Shown here in pieces: positions 30,523-39,979 of a stretch of DNA of 64,000 nucleotides (position 1 is its first letter; the number at the start of each line of letters is the position of its first letter). A model generated the notes under the pieces. That model had not been told where the DNA came from. It searched no databases and saw only the letters and a list, made by a program, of their open reading frames with translations. The position numbers and the translations under genes were made by a program. Source of the stretch: Alphaproteobacteria bacterium (GTDB lineage: Bacteria > Pseudomonadota > Alphaproteobacteria > UBA2966); NCBI GenBank assembly GCA_964291395.2, contig OZ219858.1, forward strand, positions 448,001-512,000, in the 5' to 3' direction.

Positions 30523-31274
30523 GTCGCCAGGACCTTCCTCAGATGCGCCGTGGTTTGGATGAAATCCTGCGCATCGCGGTCACGCGGCGTGCTTGAGTCC
30601 AGCGGCACGTCGACGACTTCGCGAAGACGGCCGGGATGCGATGCCATCACCAGGACTCGTTGCCCAAGGTAGGTCGCCTCCGGGATGCTGTGGGTCACGA
30701 ACAGCACCGTGGTTCCGGTCTCTCGCCAAATCTTGAGGAGCTCGTCGTTCAGCGCGTCTCGCGTGATCTCATCGAGGGCGCCAAACGGTTCATCCATCAG
30801 GAGCACACGCGGCTCGCACACCAAGGCTCTCGCAATGGCGACACGCTGGCGCATTCCACCCGAGAGCTCGCTCGGCAGCGCACCCTCTCTGCCGGCGAGA
30901 CCGACGAGAGCAAGAAGTTCTTCCGGAGTCCGTTGCAGTCCGCTCTGCGACCCTTTCGGACCTACCTCAAGCGGAAGGCAGACGTTCTCCAGCGCAGTAC
31001 GCCACGGCAACAACGTCGCGTCCTGGAATACGAACGAGATGAGCCTGCTCATTCGTGCGGCTGAGGGAGTGCCACCAAATACCGTTACGGACCCTGCCGT
31101 TGGAGCGACAAGATCCGCAACAACTCTCAAGAGAGTCGATTTTCCGCAACCGGAAGGGCCGATTATGGAAGCGAAGCCCCCTTCCGGAATCTCTGCAGTG
31201 AGGCCCTCTATGGCCGTGACCGTTCCACTCTCCGATTGAAAGCGGACGCATACATCCTCAAGGACAAGCGCCAT
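30516..31274 (-). CDS. NitT/TauT-family ABC transporter ATP-binding protein
   Basis: [35 protein letters not shown]. Confidence 0.93.
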   Translation of the reverse strand: MALVLEDVCVRFQSESGTVTAIEGLTAEIPEGGFASIIGPSGCGKSTLLRVVADLVAPTAGSVTVFGGTPSAARMSRLISFVFQDATLLPWRTALENVCLPLEVGPKGSQSGLQRTPEELLALVGLAGREGALPSELSGGMRQRVAIARALVCEPRVLLMDEPFGALDEITRDALNDELLKIWRETGTTVLFVTHSIPEATYLGQRVLVMASHPGRLREVVDVPLDSSTPRDRDAQDFIQTTAHLRKVLATC

Positions 31275-31331
31275 CCTCGTTCTCGTTGCCTCACCGAGGA
31301 GTTGGAACGAACGCTGACGACGGCATTCAGA

Positions 31332-32378
31332 CTAGCCGAGCTTGGGGCGAGCCTCGGCCGTAGCTCCAAGGACGGACAAGGTCATTACGTCGTCGACCGC
31401 AGGAACAGTCCTGCCCTTGAACTGGTCGATCGCCGCATAGTCCTTGATCTGTTGAGCCCAATTCTCCTTTTCCATCGTGCCCCAGCCACCCTTTTTCGTG
31501 GCGTCGTTGTAGGCAAGCTCCCGGATTATGGGAACGGTCTTCAGTTCGACCTCGCGGTCGAGATTGGGGTACTCCTTGACCAGCAGGTCAACGGCTTTTT
31601 CCGGGTTGTTGTAGACGTACGCCCAGCCCTTCGAGGCAGCTCGGATGAATCCTGCGATGGTGTCGAAGTTCTCGTCGAGACCCTCGTCAGAGACGTAGTA
31701 GGTATTGGCGTACACCCGTATCCCAACGTCCCAGAAGCGCATGGTGATAACGTCCGGGCCCAGCACCTCCAGGGCCTTTGTGTTTGTGAACCAGCCGGCA
31801 ACGGTGTCTACATCTCCCCGAACGAGAAGGGAGTAGTCAGCGCCAATGATCTTCACGTTGACCTTGTCTTCTGGAATTCCGTGTTTCGCCAACAGCGCGC
31901 GCAGCTGGAAATGGGCACCCTTGGGGGTTGCAACAGTCTTCCCGATCAGGTCCTGCGGTGACCGGATGGGGCTGCGTGGCAATGAGAAGTATGAAAAGGG
32001 GTGAGGCCGAAAGCCTGCCGCTATGCCGCGCACCGGGATTCCGGCGGAGCGTGCAAACATGATCATCGGACTTGAGGAGGCCTGTCCGATCAGTGCCCGT
32101 CCCGCTGCGACCGACTGAACGCCTTCGACGTTTGGCCCGCCTGGCGTGATGGTCAGGTCGATGTTCTCCTCTTCGAAATAACCGAGGCTCCTGGCAACGG
32201 TCTCGCCCATGTTGCCATTGCTCGCCAACCAGCCCAGCTGAAACTCGACGTCCTTTGCCGCAGCTCTGGCTCCCGGGATAAATGCGCCGGTTGTTGCGAC
32301 AGTTGCGGCAGCCACGGCGCACCCCTTCAGCACGTCCCGGCGTGTGGCCGCACGCCGAAGTGATTCATTCCTAGTCAT
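31332..32378 (-). CDS. ABC substrate-binding protein, NMT1/THI5-like, Tat-exported
   Basis: TRRDVLK twin-arginine signal, FQLGWL, GYFEEENIDLTITPGGP, DLIGKTVA. Confidence 0.85.
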   Translation of the reverse strand: MTRNESLRRAATRRDVLKGCAVAAATVATTGAFIPGARAAAKDVEFQLGWLASNGNMGETVARSLGYFEEENIDLTITPGGPNVEGVQSVAAGRALIGQASSSPMIMFARSAGIPVRGIAAGFRPHPFSYFSLPRSPIRSPQDLIGKTVATPKGAHFQLRALLAKHGIPEDKVNVKIIGADYSLLVRGDVDTVAGWFTNTKALEVLGPDVITMRFWDVGIRVYANTYYVSDEGLDENFDTIAGFIRAASKGWAYVYNNPEKAVDLLVKEYPNLDREVELKTVPIIRELAYNDATKKGGWGTMEKENWAQQIKDYAAIDQFKGRTVPAVDDVMTLSVLGATAEARPKLG

Positions 32379-32640
32379 CGATTCGTCCTTCCTGAGTTCC
32401 CATGAGGCATACTATTGCAATTCCATCCGACCTCTCCGGTAACCGGCTCAGTTGGAATGTTAGTGTATTGTTAGGCGCTCTACCAAGCTGGCTGGTCGGC
32501 GGAGCAGGGCCGGGTGGCTGCCTTGGCGCGATGCGCCGTGAATTCCGCTGCCGCGTGCGGCGGTCGAGACATCCCAGTCCGTAGGGCACATTCTGGAGAT
32601 TTTGGCGTGCCGAGAGCCGGCAACGGAAGGAGATCAAACG

Positions 32641-33213
32641 ATGAGCACCCTGGACCCCAATCGCGTCATCCTGACGGGAGAGAACCCATTCATCCGGTTG
32701 TCCGCTTCCGACGGCGCCGACAATTCCACGGACGCGAGCTTCTGGCGCATCCTGATGTGCCCGGCAGGCCCCGGTCATGTGCTCTACATCAAGAGCGAAC
32801 TGACCGAAGGCGCATGGCGCATCTATTCGGACAACATCGCAATGGCGCGTTGGCTGCAGACGACGGTCCAGGGAATGCTCAATCCGGAGACCGCCGACAC
32901 CGGAATTCCGGTGCGCGATGCCCAGTTCGGCAAGTCCGGAGATCCGGCCTATTTCTGGACCGAGCGCGTCGTGTCGAATGACGAGGAGTTCACCCTCACG
33001 TGGCACGACATAGGGGAACCATTGCTCATCCACACACAACCCAATGAAGACCGTCGCTATGGCGTTTGCACCATTCTCGTGCCGGCGCTCGGCGCGCAAC
33101 TGATGCGCAACGGCGTGGCGGCGGCGGGTAGCCCCTGGCCCCGGGAACGCGAAGGCCAACCCTTCAGCACCTGCGCGCTCGCATTCTCGGAAAGCTGGAC
33201 GGAGGCACGTTAG
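32641..33213 (+). CDS. Hypothetical protein
   Basis: 190-aa ORF with AAGGAG RBS and coding-like codon bias; family not recognised. Confidence 0.75.
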   Translation: MSTLDPNRVILTGENPFIRLSASDGADNSTDASFWRILMCPAGPGHVLYIKSELTEGAWRIYSDNIAMARWLQTTVQGMLNPETADTGIPVRDAQFGKSGDPAYFWTERVVSNDEEFTLTWHDIGEPLLIHTQPNEDRRYGVCTILVPALGAQLMRNGVAAAGSPWPREREGQPFSTCALAFSESWTEAR

Positions 33214-33224
33214 CTCCGGTCCGT

Positions 33225-33599
33225 GAGAGCACCGCAGGCCGACCGGGCTTGCCCGCGAGACGCCGCCAGCGGGCAACGCATGCCGGATGCGCAGATGCCT
33301 TACACCAGCCCATAGAGCTCAGCACCGCGGGTCATACAGGCATTTATAGCTGACCAGACAGGCGGTGCACCGCCTGTCTGGTCAGCGGGCTTGCTCAGGC
33401 AGCCGCCCGCGCCTAACGGGCGACGCTGCGGTTCCACTGGTCGTACCACGCCGGGATGTCGACCTTCCCGTAGTCGACGCGATGCCGCCTGGCGATCTCC
33501 GCCGGGTCGAGGGCGGTCATCCCGGAGAGGATCGGATCCTGAGCCAGGCGCGGGCAGGCCTTGTTGCTCGCCGGAATCGTGCCCGCCCGGTCGGACTGC
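33225..33599. repeat. ~380-bp direct repeat, copy 2 (contains perfect 38-bp palindrome 33349..33386)
   Basis: Aligns with 24278..24656. Confidence 0.95.
33413..33599 (-). pseudogene. Second, shorter 3' fragment of the same solute-binding protein gene
   Basis: QSDRAGTIPASNKACPRLAQDPILSG...AWYDQWNRSVAR*, with several amino-acid changes relative to copy 1. Confidence 0.65.
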
Positions 33600-33684
33600 C
33601 GGCACGGGACTCGACAACGTCCCGCCTGCCGGTGCCTACTTCCGGTACACCGACGGACATTGACAAGCGGCCGGGGAAAAGGCC

Positions 33685-35346
33685 TTGGACGACTACTACG
33701 ATTGGGGTGCCTACACGCGAAAGATCTCCACTCGGTCGGCAGAGGCGCAATCGTGGTTCGACCGGGGCCTCGCATGGGCCTACGGCTTCAACCAGGAAGA
33801 AGCCCTGCGCTGTTTTCGCCGGGCCGCGGCGGCCGATTCCGCGTGCGCCATGGCGCAGTGGGGCATCGCGTACGCCGCCGGCCCCTACTACAACCGCCTG
33901 TGGCATCAGTTCGATGCGACCGAGCTGGCTGAAAAACTCGCGGAAACCCGCACCGCGGCGCAACAGGCGCTCGCCCTTCGGGACGGCGCGACCGGCGTCG
34001 AGCGCATGCTCGTCGAGGCGATGGCGCGACGCTGTCCGTCGAACCGGCCAGCGGCGGACTTTACCGCGTGGACCGACGATTACGCGGCCGCCATGCGCGA
34101 CGTCCACGGCGCCCATCCGGACGACCCGGACGTCTCCGCGCTGTTCGCCGACGCGCTGATGTGCCGCACGCCGTGGAAGTTCTGGGACCTGAAGAGCGGC
34201 GAGGCCCGCCCCGGCGCCTCGACGCTCGAAGCGCGCGAGGTTCTCGAGCAGGCCATGGCGGAACGAAGACGCAGGCGAGAGCCGGGACACGCCGGGCAAC
34301 TGCACTTCTACATCCACCTCATGGAGATGTCTTCGACGCCCGAGGCGGCGCTCCGCGCCGGAGACGAGCTCAACACGCTGGCCGCGGACTGCGGCCACCT
34401 CCACCATATGCCGACGCACATCGACTTCCAGTGCGGACAGTATCACGACGTCGTCGCGCGCAACTCCGAGGCCATCCTGGCCGACCGCAAGTTCCTGGAG
34501 CGGGAAGGCCCGCTCAACATGTTTTCCTACTCGCGCATCCACAACATCCATTTCAAGCTTTACGGCGCGATGTTTCTCGGCCACTACGGATTCGCGATGG
34601 CGGCGGTGAGGGAGTTCGAGGAGACCGTTCCCGAAGCGCTGATCCGGATCGAGTCCCCGCCCATGGCGGACCTGCTGGAAGGCTACTACGGACTGAAGCC
34701 GCACGCGCTGATCCGCTTCGGACGCTGGCGGGAGATTCTCGACGAACCCCTGCCGTCCGATCCGGCGCTTTACCTGGCCACGACCGCGGTCGCCCGCTAC
34801 GCGCGCACCGTCGCGTACGCGGCCCTGGGGGACGTGACCCGCGCCGAGAGGGAGAAGGATCTCTTCGATGCCGCTGTGGCGCTCGTGCCGCCGACGCGCA
34901 TGCTGTTCAATAACGTCTGGCTCGATGTTTTGGCGATCGCGGCCGAGATGCTGCGCGGCGAGATCGAGTACCGGAAGGGGCGTCACGACCTCGCCTTCGC
35001 CCACCTGCGCGGCGCGATCGCGCTCGAGGACGATCTGCCCTACGACGAGCCGTGGGGCTGGATGCAGCCGGTCCGGCACGCCCTCGGCGCGCTGCTCCTG
35101 GAGCAGGGCAGGATCGCGGAGGCGGAGGCGGTGTACCGCGAAGACCTCGGGCTGGCCGAGCACGTGATCCGCGCCCGCCAGCATCCGGACAACGTGTGGA
35201 GCCTGCACGGTCTGCACGAGTGCCTGCGCCGCCAGGACAAGACGGCGCAGGCGGACCTGATAGCGCCGCGCCTCAGGCTCGCGCTCGCCCGGACCGACGT
35301 GCCGATCGAGTCCTCGTGTTTCTGCCGCCTGCGGCACGACTGGTGA
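33685..35346 (+). CDS. Tetratricopeptide-repeat protein
   Basis: AQSWFDRGLAWAYGFNQEEA, HFYIHLME, GHLHHMPTHI, LPYDEPWGWMQPVRHALGALL, HPDNVWSLHG; TTG start. Confidence 0.85.
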   Translation: MDDYYDWGAYTRKISTRSAEAQSWFDRGLAWAYGFNQEEALRCFRRAAAADSACAMAQWGIAYAAGPYYNRLWHQFDATELAEKLAETRTAAQQALALRDGATGVERMLVEAMARRCPSNRPAADFTAWTDDYAAAMRDVHGAHPDDPDVSALFADALMCRTPWKFWDLKSGEARPGASTLEAREVLEQAMAERRRRREPGHAGQLHFYIHLMEMSSTPEAALRAGDELNTLAADCGHLHHMPTHIDFQCGQYHDVVARNSEAILADRKFLEREGPLNMFSYSRIHNIHFKLYGAMFLGHYGFAMAAVREFEETVPEALIRIESPPMADLLEGYYGLKPHALIRFGRWREILDEPLPSDPALYLATTAVARYARTVAYAALGDVTRAEREKDLFDAAVALVPPTRMLFNNVWLDVLAIAAEMLRGEIEYRKGRHDLAFAHLRGAIALEDDLPYDEPWGWMQPVRHALGALLLEQGRIAEAEAVYREDLGLAEHVIRARQHPDNVWSLHGLHECLRRQDKTAQADLIAPRLRLALARTDVPIESSCFCRLRHDW

Positions 35347-35671
35347 TCCGTCCGGAGACCCGGCATCCCACACGACGGTGCCTGGAGGCAGACCGGTCAT
35401 GCTCTCGGGTGCCCAGGCCGCCGGGCGGGACACCGGCATTCGTGGGACATGGAACAGATGGAACGACTTGGGCGAGGAACGTGGCGTCCGGCCCGCTGGG
35501 TCCACTCGATCTTGAAGGTACGGTTTGGGACATTTTTCAGTACGTGGCTCGAAAACTTGTTCCCGAGGAGGCGCGCGGAACCGGTCTCCGTCGGGCGTCA
35601 TGAGCCGCACCCCGGCCGGCAAGAGCGACGCACGCGGGGCCGGCCCCAAGCCGCTCGATCGCCAACGCCGC

Positions 35672-35758
35672 ATGCCTCTCTTGACCACCGCCGTCGGCGC
35701 CTGCCCGAAGCCACCGTACGTGCGCCTCCCGGACCGATTCACGGCACCGGGCGTGTAG
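35672..35758 (+). pseudogene. N-terminal remnant of a cobalamin-independent methionine synthase II family gene
   Basis: MPLLTTAVGACPKPPYVRLPDRF* resembles the family start (LTT.IGA[YF]PKP.Y..DWF); stops after 28 codons. Confidence 0.45.
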
Positions 35759-36025
35759 ACGCGCAAAAGTCGCCGTGAAGCGTGATATGCCGAGAAGAGG
35801 CGAGAAGAAGCGTGACAGATCGACGCGGTGGCAATCCTCTCGCGGGGGATGGGCGGTGTCGTGATCCGCATACCGATGGACCGACGGAGCACCTCCACGC
35901 GACCGCCCGGGCGGAAGAACCTACCCAAAATTGATGACGATCCCGGACCAACACGTCATGATGACGCAGCCCCCATCGGGCAGACCCGCCTGACCTGGCG
36001 GGGACATCGAACGAGGGAGGTATCG

Positions 36026-36541
36026 ATGAGATTGAGCAGCTTCTCTTTGATCGCGGTGACCGGAGTCGCGCTGGTCATGAGCACGTTCCAGACAGCGGGT
36101 GCGGCGGAGCAGGCACGAGCGAAGATGATGAACGCGAACGGGGAAGGCGTCGGCGAGGTAACTCTCGACGAGACGCCACACGGTACGCTTCTGCACGCAA
36201 CCCTGGAGAACCTGCCGGCAGGCACCCATGCGTTCCATGTTCACTCGGTCGGCAAGTGCGAACCGCCATTCAAGTCCGCAGGCGGTCATTTCAACCCGGA
36301 GGGGAAGATGCATGGTTTCCTGAACGCCGAAGGACTGCATGCCGGCGACATGCCCAACATCCACGTGCCGGCATCGGGTAGTTTGGAGATCGAGATCCTG
36401 AATACTCTGCTGAAGCTGGATTCCACCCTGTTTGACAGCGACGGCGCGGCCATCGTGATTCACGCGGGCGCTGACGACTACAAGTCCGATCCGGCCGGCG
36501 CGGCAGGCCCGCGCATTGCCTGCGGCGTCATTGGACGCTAG
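36026..36541 (+). CDS. sodC: Cu/Zn superoxide dismutase, periplasmic
   Basis: HAFHVH, SAGGHFNP, HAGDMPN, VIHAGADD, RIACGVI; signal peptide; GGAGG RBS. Confidence 0.93.
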   Translation: MRLSSFSLIAVTGVALVMSTFQTAGAAEQARAKMMNANGEGVGEVTLDETPHGTLLHATLENLPAGTHAFHVHSVGKCEPPFKSAGGHFNPEGKMHGFLNAEGLHAGDMPNIHVPASGSLEIEILNTLLKLDSTLFDSDGAAIVIHAGADDYKSDPAGAAGPRIACGVIGR

Positions 36542-36667
36542 GAGCCCGGCGCCGTCGGCGGCCAGCCGGGCTTCAGCCGGCCCGAACCGCCAACGACGCC
36601 GAAGGTAGTAGGATTTATTATAGAAGTCAGAAGAAAACGGTATTTGTTCTTATGACCGGGTCCTGTC

Positions 36668-36851
36668 ATGATCCTCAGCATGCTGGAAACCGGTGAGGCG
36701 AACTTCGACAAGTGCCATCGGCACCTACGATCAGGGCATCTCCCTGAAGCCTCACTGCAAGACCAAGCCGAGCGAGGCAAAGGCCCGGGTCGAGAAGACC
36801 GCCTTCGAGGGTTCGGAGCCCGCCGGTCTGGAGTTCGCGGATCATGGCTGA
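36668..36851 (+). pseudogene. xseB: Exonuclease VII small subunit remnant (5'-truncated, frameshifted)
   Basis: LETGEANFD /+1 shift near 36710-36713/ AIGTYDQGISLKPHCKTKPSEAKARVEK...; its stop overlaps the ispA start, the canonical xseB-ispA-dxs position. Confidence 0.75.
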
Positions 36852-37749
36852 AGTCCTGATCGATACCGACCTCGCCGGAGCGATGGCGGATACCGCCACG
36901 GCCGTGGAGGATGTGCTGCGCCGCGAGCTGCCGGAGCCGAAAGGGCCGGCGGCGAGGCTCCATGACGCGATGCGCTACGGTGCCCTCGGCGGCGGCAAGC
37001 GGTTGCGGGCGTTCCTCGTCAGAACGGGCGCCAGGCTCGCCGGTGCCGACGACGAAGGCGCACTCCGCGTTGCGGCCGCGATCGAAATGATGCACGCCTA
37101 TTCCCTGATCCACGACGATCTGCCGGCGATGGACGACGACGACATGCGCCGCGGCAAGCCGTCCTGCCATATCGCCTTCGACGAAGCGACGGCGATTCTG
37201 GCCGGGGACGCCCTGTTGACCGGCGCGTTCGAGGTTCTTTCACACGAAGCGACCCATCCCTCCGCCGGGATCCGGCTGGAGCTCGTGCGCGCTCTCGCCG
37301 AGGCATCCGGCGCGAGCGGCATGGTGGGCGGCCAGATGATCGACCTCGCGGCGCAGCATCGGGCGGCCGATTTCGACCTGATCACGGTGCTCGAGAGGAT
37401 GAAGACCGGAGCGCTCATCGCGTTCAGTTGCGAGGCGGGCGCGATCCTCGGAGAATGTTCCGAAGCGGTGCGCGACGTGCTCCGCGCCTACGGCTACGAC
37501 ATCGGGCTGGCCTTTCAGATCGTCGACGATCTGCTTGACGTGACCGGCGACGAAGCTGCCCTCGGCAAGAAGGTCGGCAAGGACGCGGCGGCAGGCAAGG
37601 CGACATTCGTGGGCGCTCTGGGCGTGGAAGGGGCAAGGCGCGAGGCGCGTTCCCTGATCGACCGCGGGGTCGCGCGCCTGGACGGCTTCGGCGCTGACGC
37701 CGAACCGTTGCGCGCCTTCGGCACGTTCGTGCTGCAGCGCAGGAACTAA
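36844..37749 (+). CDS. ispA: Farnesyl diphosphate synthase / geranyltranstransferase
   Basis: [49 protein letters not shown]. Confidence 0.95.
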   Translation: MAEVLIDTDLAGAMADTATAVEDVLRRELPEPKGPAARLHDAMRYGALGGGKRLRAFLVRTGARLAGADDEGALRVAAAIEMMHAYSLIHDDLPAMDDDDMRRGKPSCHIAFDEATAILAGDALLTGAFEVLSHEATHPSAGIRLELVRALAEASGASGMVGGQMIDLAAQHRAADFDLITVLERMKTGALIAFSCEAGAILGECSEAVRDVLRAYGYDIGLAFQIVDDLLDVTGDEAALGKKVGKDAAAGKATFVGALGVEGARREARSLIDRGVARLDGFGADAEPLRAFGTFVLQRRN

Positions 37750-37777
37750 AGGGCGAAGGGCAGGAACTAAAGGGCGA
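37739..37777 (+). repeat. Short tandem duplication GCAGGAACTAAAGGGCGA x2 (period 21)
   Basis: Copies at 37739..37756 and 37760..37777; includes the ispA stop codon. Confidence 0.9.
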
Positions 37778-37787
37778 GGGACTGGCC

Positions 37788-39710
37788 ATGACTGTCGATA
37801 CCCCCCATCTGGACCGCGTCGAATGGCCGCGGGACCTGCATGACATGTCCGTCGGTGAGTTGAAAAAGGTCGCGGAGGAGTTGCGCGCCGAGATGATCGA
37901 TGCGGTTTCGACGACCGGCGGGCATCTCGGCGCCGGGCTCGGCGTGATCGAGCTCACGGTCGCGCTGCATCACCTGTTCGACACCCCCGAGGACATCCTG
38001 ATCTGGGATGTCGGGCACCAGTGCTACCCGCACAAGATCCTCACCGGCCGGCGCGATCGTATCCGCACGATCCGCCAGGGCGGCGGGCTCTCGGGATTCA
38101 CCAAGCGGTCGGAGAGCGAGTACGACCCGTTCGGTGCGGCGCACGCCTCGACATCGGTATCGGCGGGGCTCGGCTTCGCCGTTGGCCGCGACCTCCAGGG
38201 CAGGAACAACCGGGTGGTCGCGGTGATCGGGGACGGCGCGTTGACCGGCGGGATGTCCTATGAGGGACTCAATCACGCCGGTTCGCTGGACAGCCGGCTG
38301 ATCGTGATTCTCAACGACAACGACATGTCGATCGCCCCGCCGGTCGGCGCGATGAGCGGCTATCTGTCCCGCCTGATCTCGTCCAAGAGCTATCGCAGCC
38401 TGCGCGACGTCGCCCATCACATCGCCGAAAGATTCCCCCGCGTCGTCGAGCGGGGCGTGAAACGTGCGGAGGAATACGCGCGCGGAATGGTGACCGGCGG
38501 GACGCTGTTCGAAGAGCTCGGCTTTTTCTACGTCGGTCCCGTCGACGGCCACAATCTCGACCATCTGCTGCCGGTCCTGCGCAACGTCCGCGACGACAAG
38601 GCGGAGGGACCGATCCTGGTCCATGTGGTCACGGTGAAGGGCAAGGGCTATGCGCCGGCGGAGGAGTCGGCGGACAGGTATCACGGCGTCTCGAAGTTCG
38701 AGGTGGTCACCGGCGTACAGGACAAACCCAGGACGAACGTCCCCTCCTTCACCAAGGTGTTCGCCAACAGCCTGATCGCCGAGGCGGAGAAGGACGACAA
38801 GATCGTCGCGATCACCGCGGCGATGCCGTCGGGTACCGGCGTCGACGCGTTCCAGAAGGCGTTCCCGCACCGCGCGTTCGATGTCGGCCTGGCCGAACAG
38901 CACGCCGTGACGTTCGCCGCGGGACTCGCTGCGGACGGGATGAAGCCGGTCGCCGCGATCTATTCGACCTTCCTGCAGCGCGCCTTCGACCAGATCGTCC
39001 ACGACGTGGCGATCCAGAGCCTGCCGGTGCGCTTCGCGATGGACCGTGCCGGTCTTGTCGGTGCCGACGGCCAGACCCACGCCGGCGCGTTCGACATCGC
39101 CTATCTCGGTTGTCTGCCGGGGCTGGTCCTGATGGCGGCGGCGGACGAGGCGGAGCTGGTCCACATGGTTACGACCGCGCTCGCGATCGACGACCGGCCA
39201 TCGGGTCTGCGCTATCCGCGCGGCGAAGGGTTCGGCGTCAACCTGCCGGATCAGGGCGAGGCGTTGCCGATCGGCAAGGGCCGCGTGATGCGCGAAGGGT
39301 CGACGATCGCGATCCTTTCCTACGGCGCACGGCTGTATGAGGCGCTGGCGGCCGCGGACGACCTGGCCGCGAAGGGCATTTCCGCCACGGTTGCCGATGC
39401 GCGATTCGCCAAGCCGCTCGACGAGGAGCTGATCCTGCGGCTCGCGCGCGAGCACGAGGTTCTGATCACGATCGAAGAGGGATCGATCGGCGGGTTCAGC
39501 TCGCAGGTGCTCCACATGCTGGCGCTCCGGCAGGTGTTGGACGGCGGGCTCAAGATCCGCCCGATGGTGCTGCCCGACCTGTTTCTCGATCAGGACAAGC
39601 CGCAGCTCCAGTACGAGGCGGCGGAGCTGAACGCGCGTCACATCGTCGCCACCGCTCTCGAAGCTCTGGGACACGGGGAGACCGCCGCGGCGAAAGCCGA
39701 GACCTCCTGA
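37788..39710 (+). CDS. dxs: 1-deoxy-D-xylulose-5-phosphate synthase
   Basis: [60 protein letters not shown]. Confidence 0.97.
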   Translation: MTVDTPHLDRVEWPRDLHDMSVGELKKVAEELRAEMIDAVSTTGGHLGAGLGVIELTVALHHLFDTPEDILIWDVGHQCYPHKILTGRRDRIRTIRQGGGLSGFTKRSESEYDPFGAAHASTSVSAGLGFAVGRDLQGRNNRVVAVIGDGALTGGMSYEGLNHAGSLDSRLIVILNDNDMSIAPPVGAMSGYLSRLISSKSYRSLRDVAHHIAERFPRVVERGVKRAEEYARGMVTGGTLFEELGFFYVGPVDGHNLDHLLPVLRNVRDDKAEGPILVHVVTVKGKGYAPAEESADRYHGVSKFEVVTGVQDKPRTNVPSFTKVFANSLIAEAEKDDKIVAITAAMPSGTGVDAFQKAFPHRAFDVGLAEQHAVTFAAGLAADGMKPVAAIYSTFLQRAFDQIVHDVAIQSLPVRFAMDRAGLVGADGQTHAGAFDIAYLGCLPGLVLMAAADEAELVHMVTTALAIDDRPSGLRYPRGEGFGVNLPDQGEALPIGKGRVMREGSTIAILSYGARLYEALAAADDLAAKGISATVADARFAKPLDEELILRLAREHEVLITIEEGSIGGFSSQVLHMLALRQVLDGGLKIRPMVLPDLFLDQDKPQLQYEAAELNARHIVATALEALGHGETAAAKAETS

Positions 39711-39719
39711 CGAGCGCCG
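39644..39719 (+). repeat. dxs 3'-end direct repeat, copy 1
   Basis: 70/76 identical to 42183..42258 by manual alignment. Confidence 0.93.
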
Positions 39720-39759
39720 TTCCCGGCGCGTTCGTCGAGGATCGCGGGCGGGCCGCCGG

Positions 39760-39849
39760 CGGCACGTGCTCGAACAGGACGCTCGCACCGTCGATGAGGT
39801 TCCAGCCCGCGTTCTTGAGCAGGGCGTCGATCTTGATCCGCGCGCACGC
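39760..39849 (-). pseudogene. hsdR: N-terminal remnant of a type I restriction enzyme R subunit
   Basis: ARIKIDALLKNAGWNLIDGASVLFEH matches the R.KID.LL..AGW.L start of EcoAI/EcoEI-type HsdR; nothing further remains. Confidence 0.6.
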
Positions 39850-39979
39850 ACGCGCGACGGCCAAGGTCCACTCCACGATGCGGTCCTCGAACAGACGACA
39901 GGAGGCTCCGGAGGCCCGACACGGCTATGAGCAACGTCCTTGCGTGGATTATCGCGGCGTCCGGGACTAGCATGGCGAC

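Noticed and set aside
32379-32640. Possible TPP or other riboswitch upstream of the THI5-like SBP
   Set aside because: A CTGAG and a hairpin are present, but I could not find the remaining TPP consensus; needs an Rfam scan.
35420-35575. Repeated GGGACA motifs suggesting a MITE or repeat array
   Set aside because: Irregular spacing and no definable terminal repeats.
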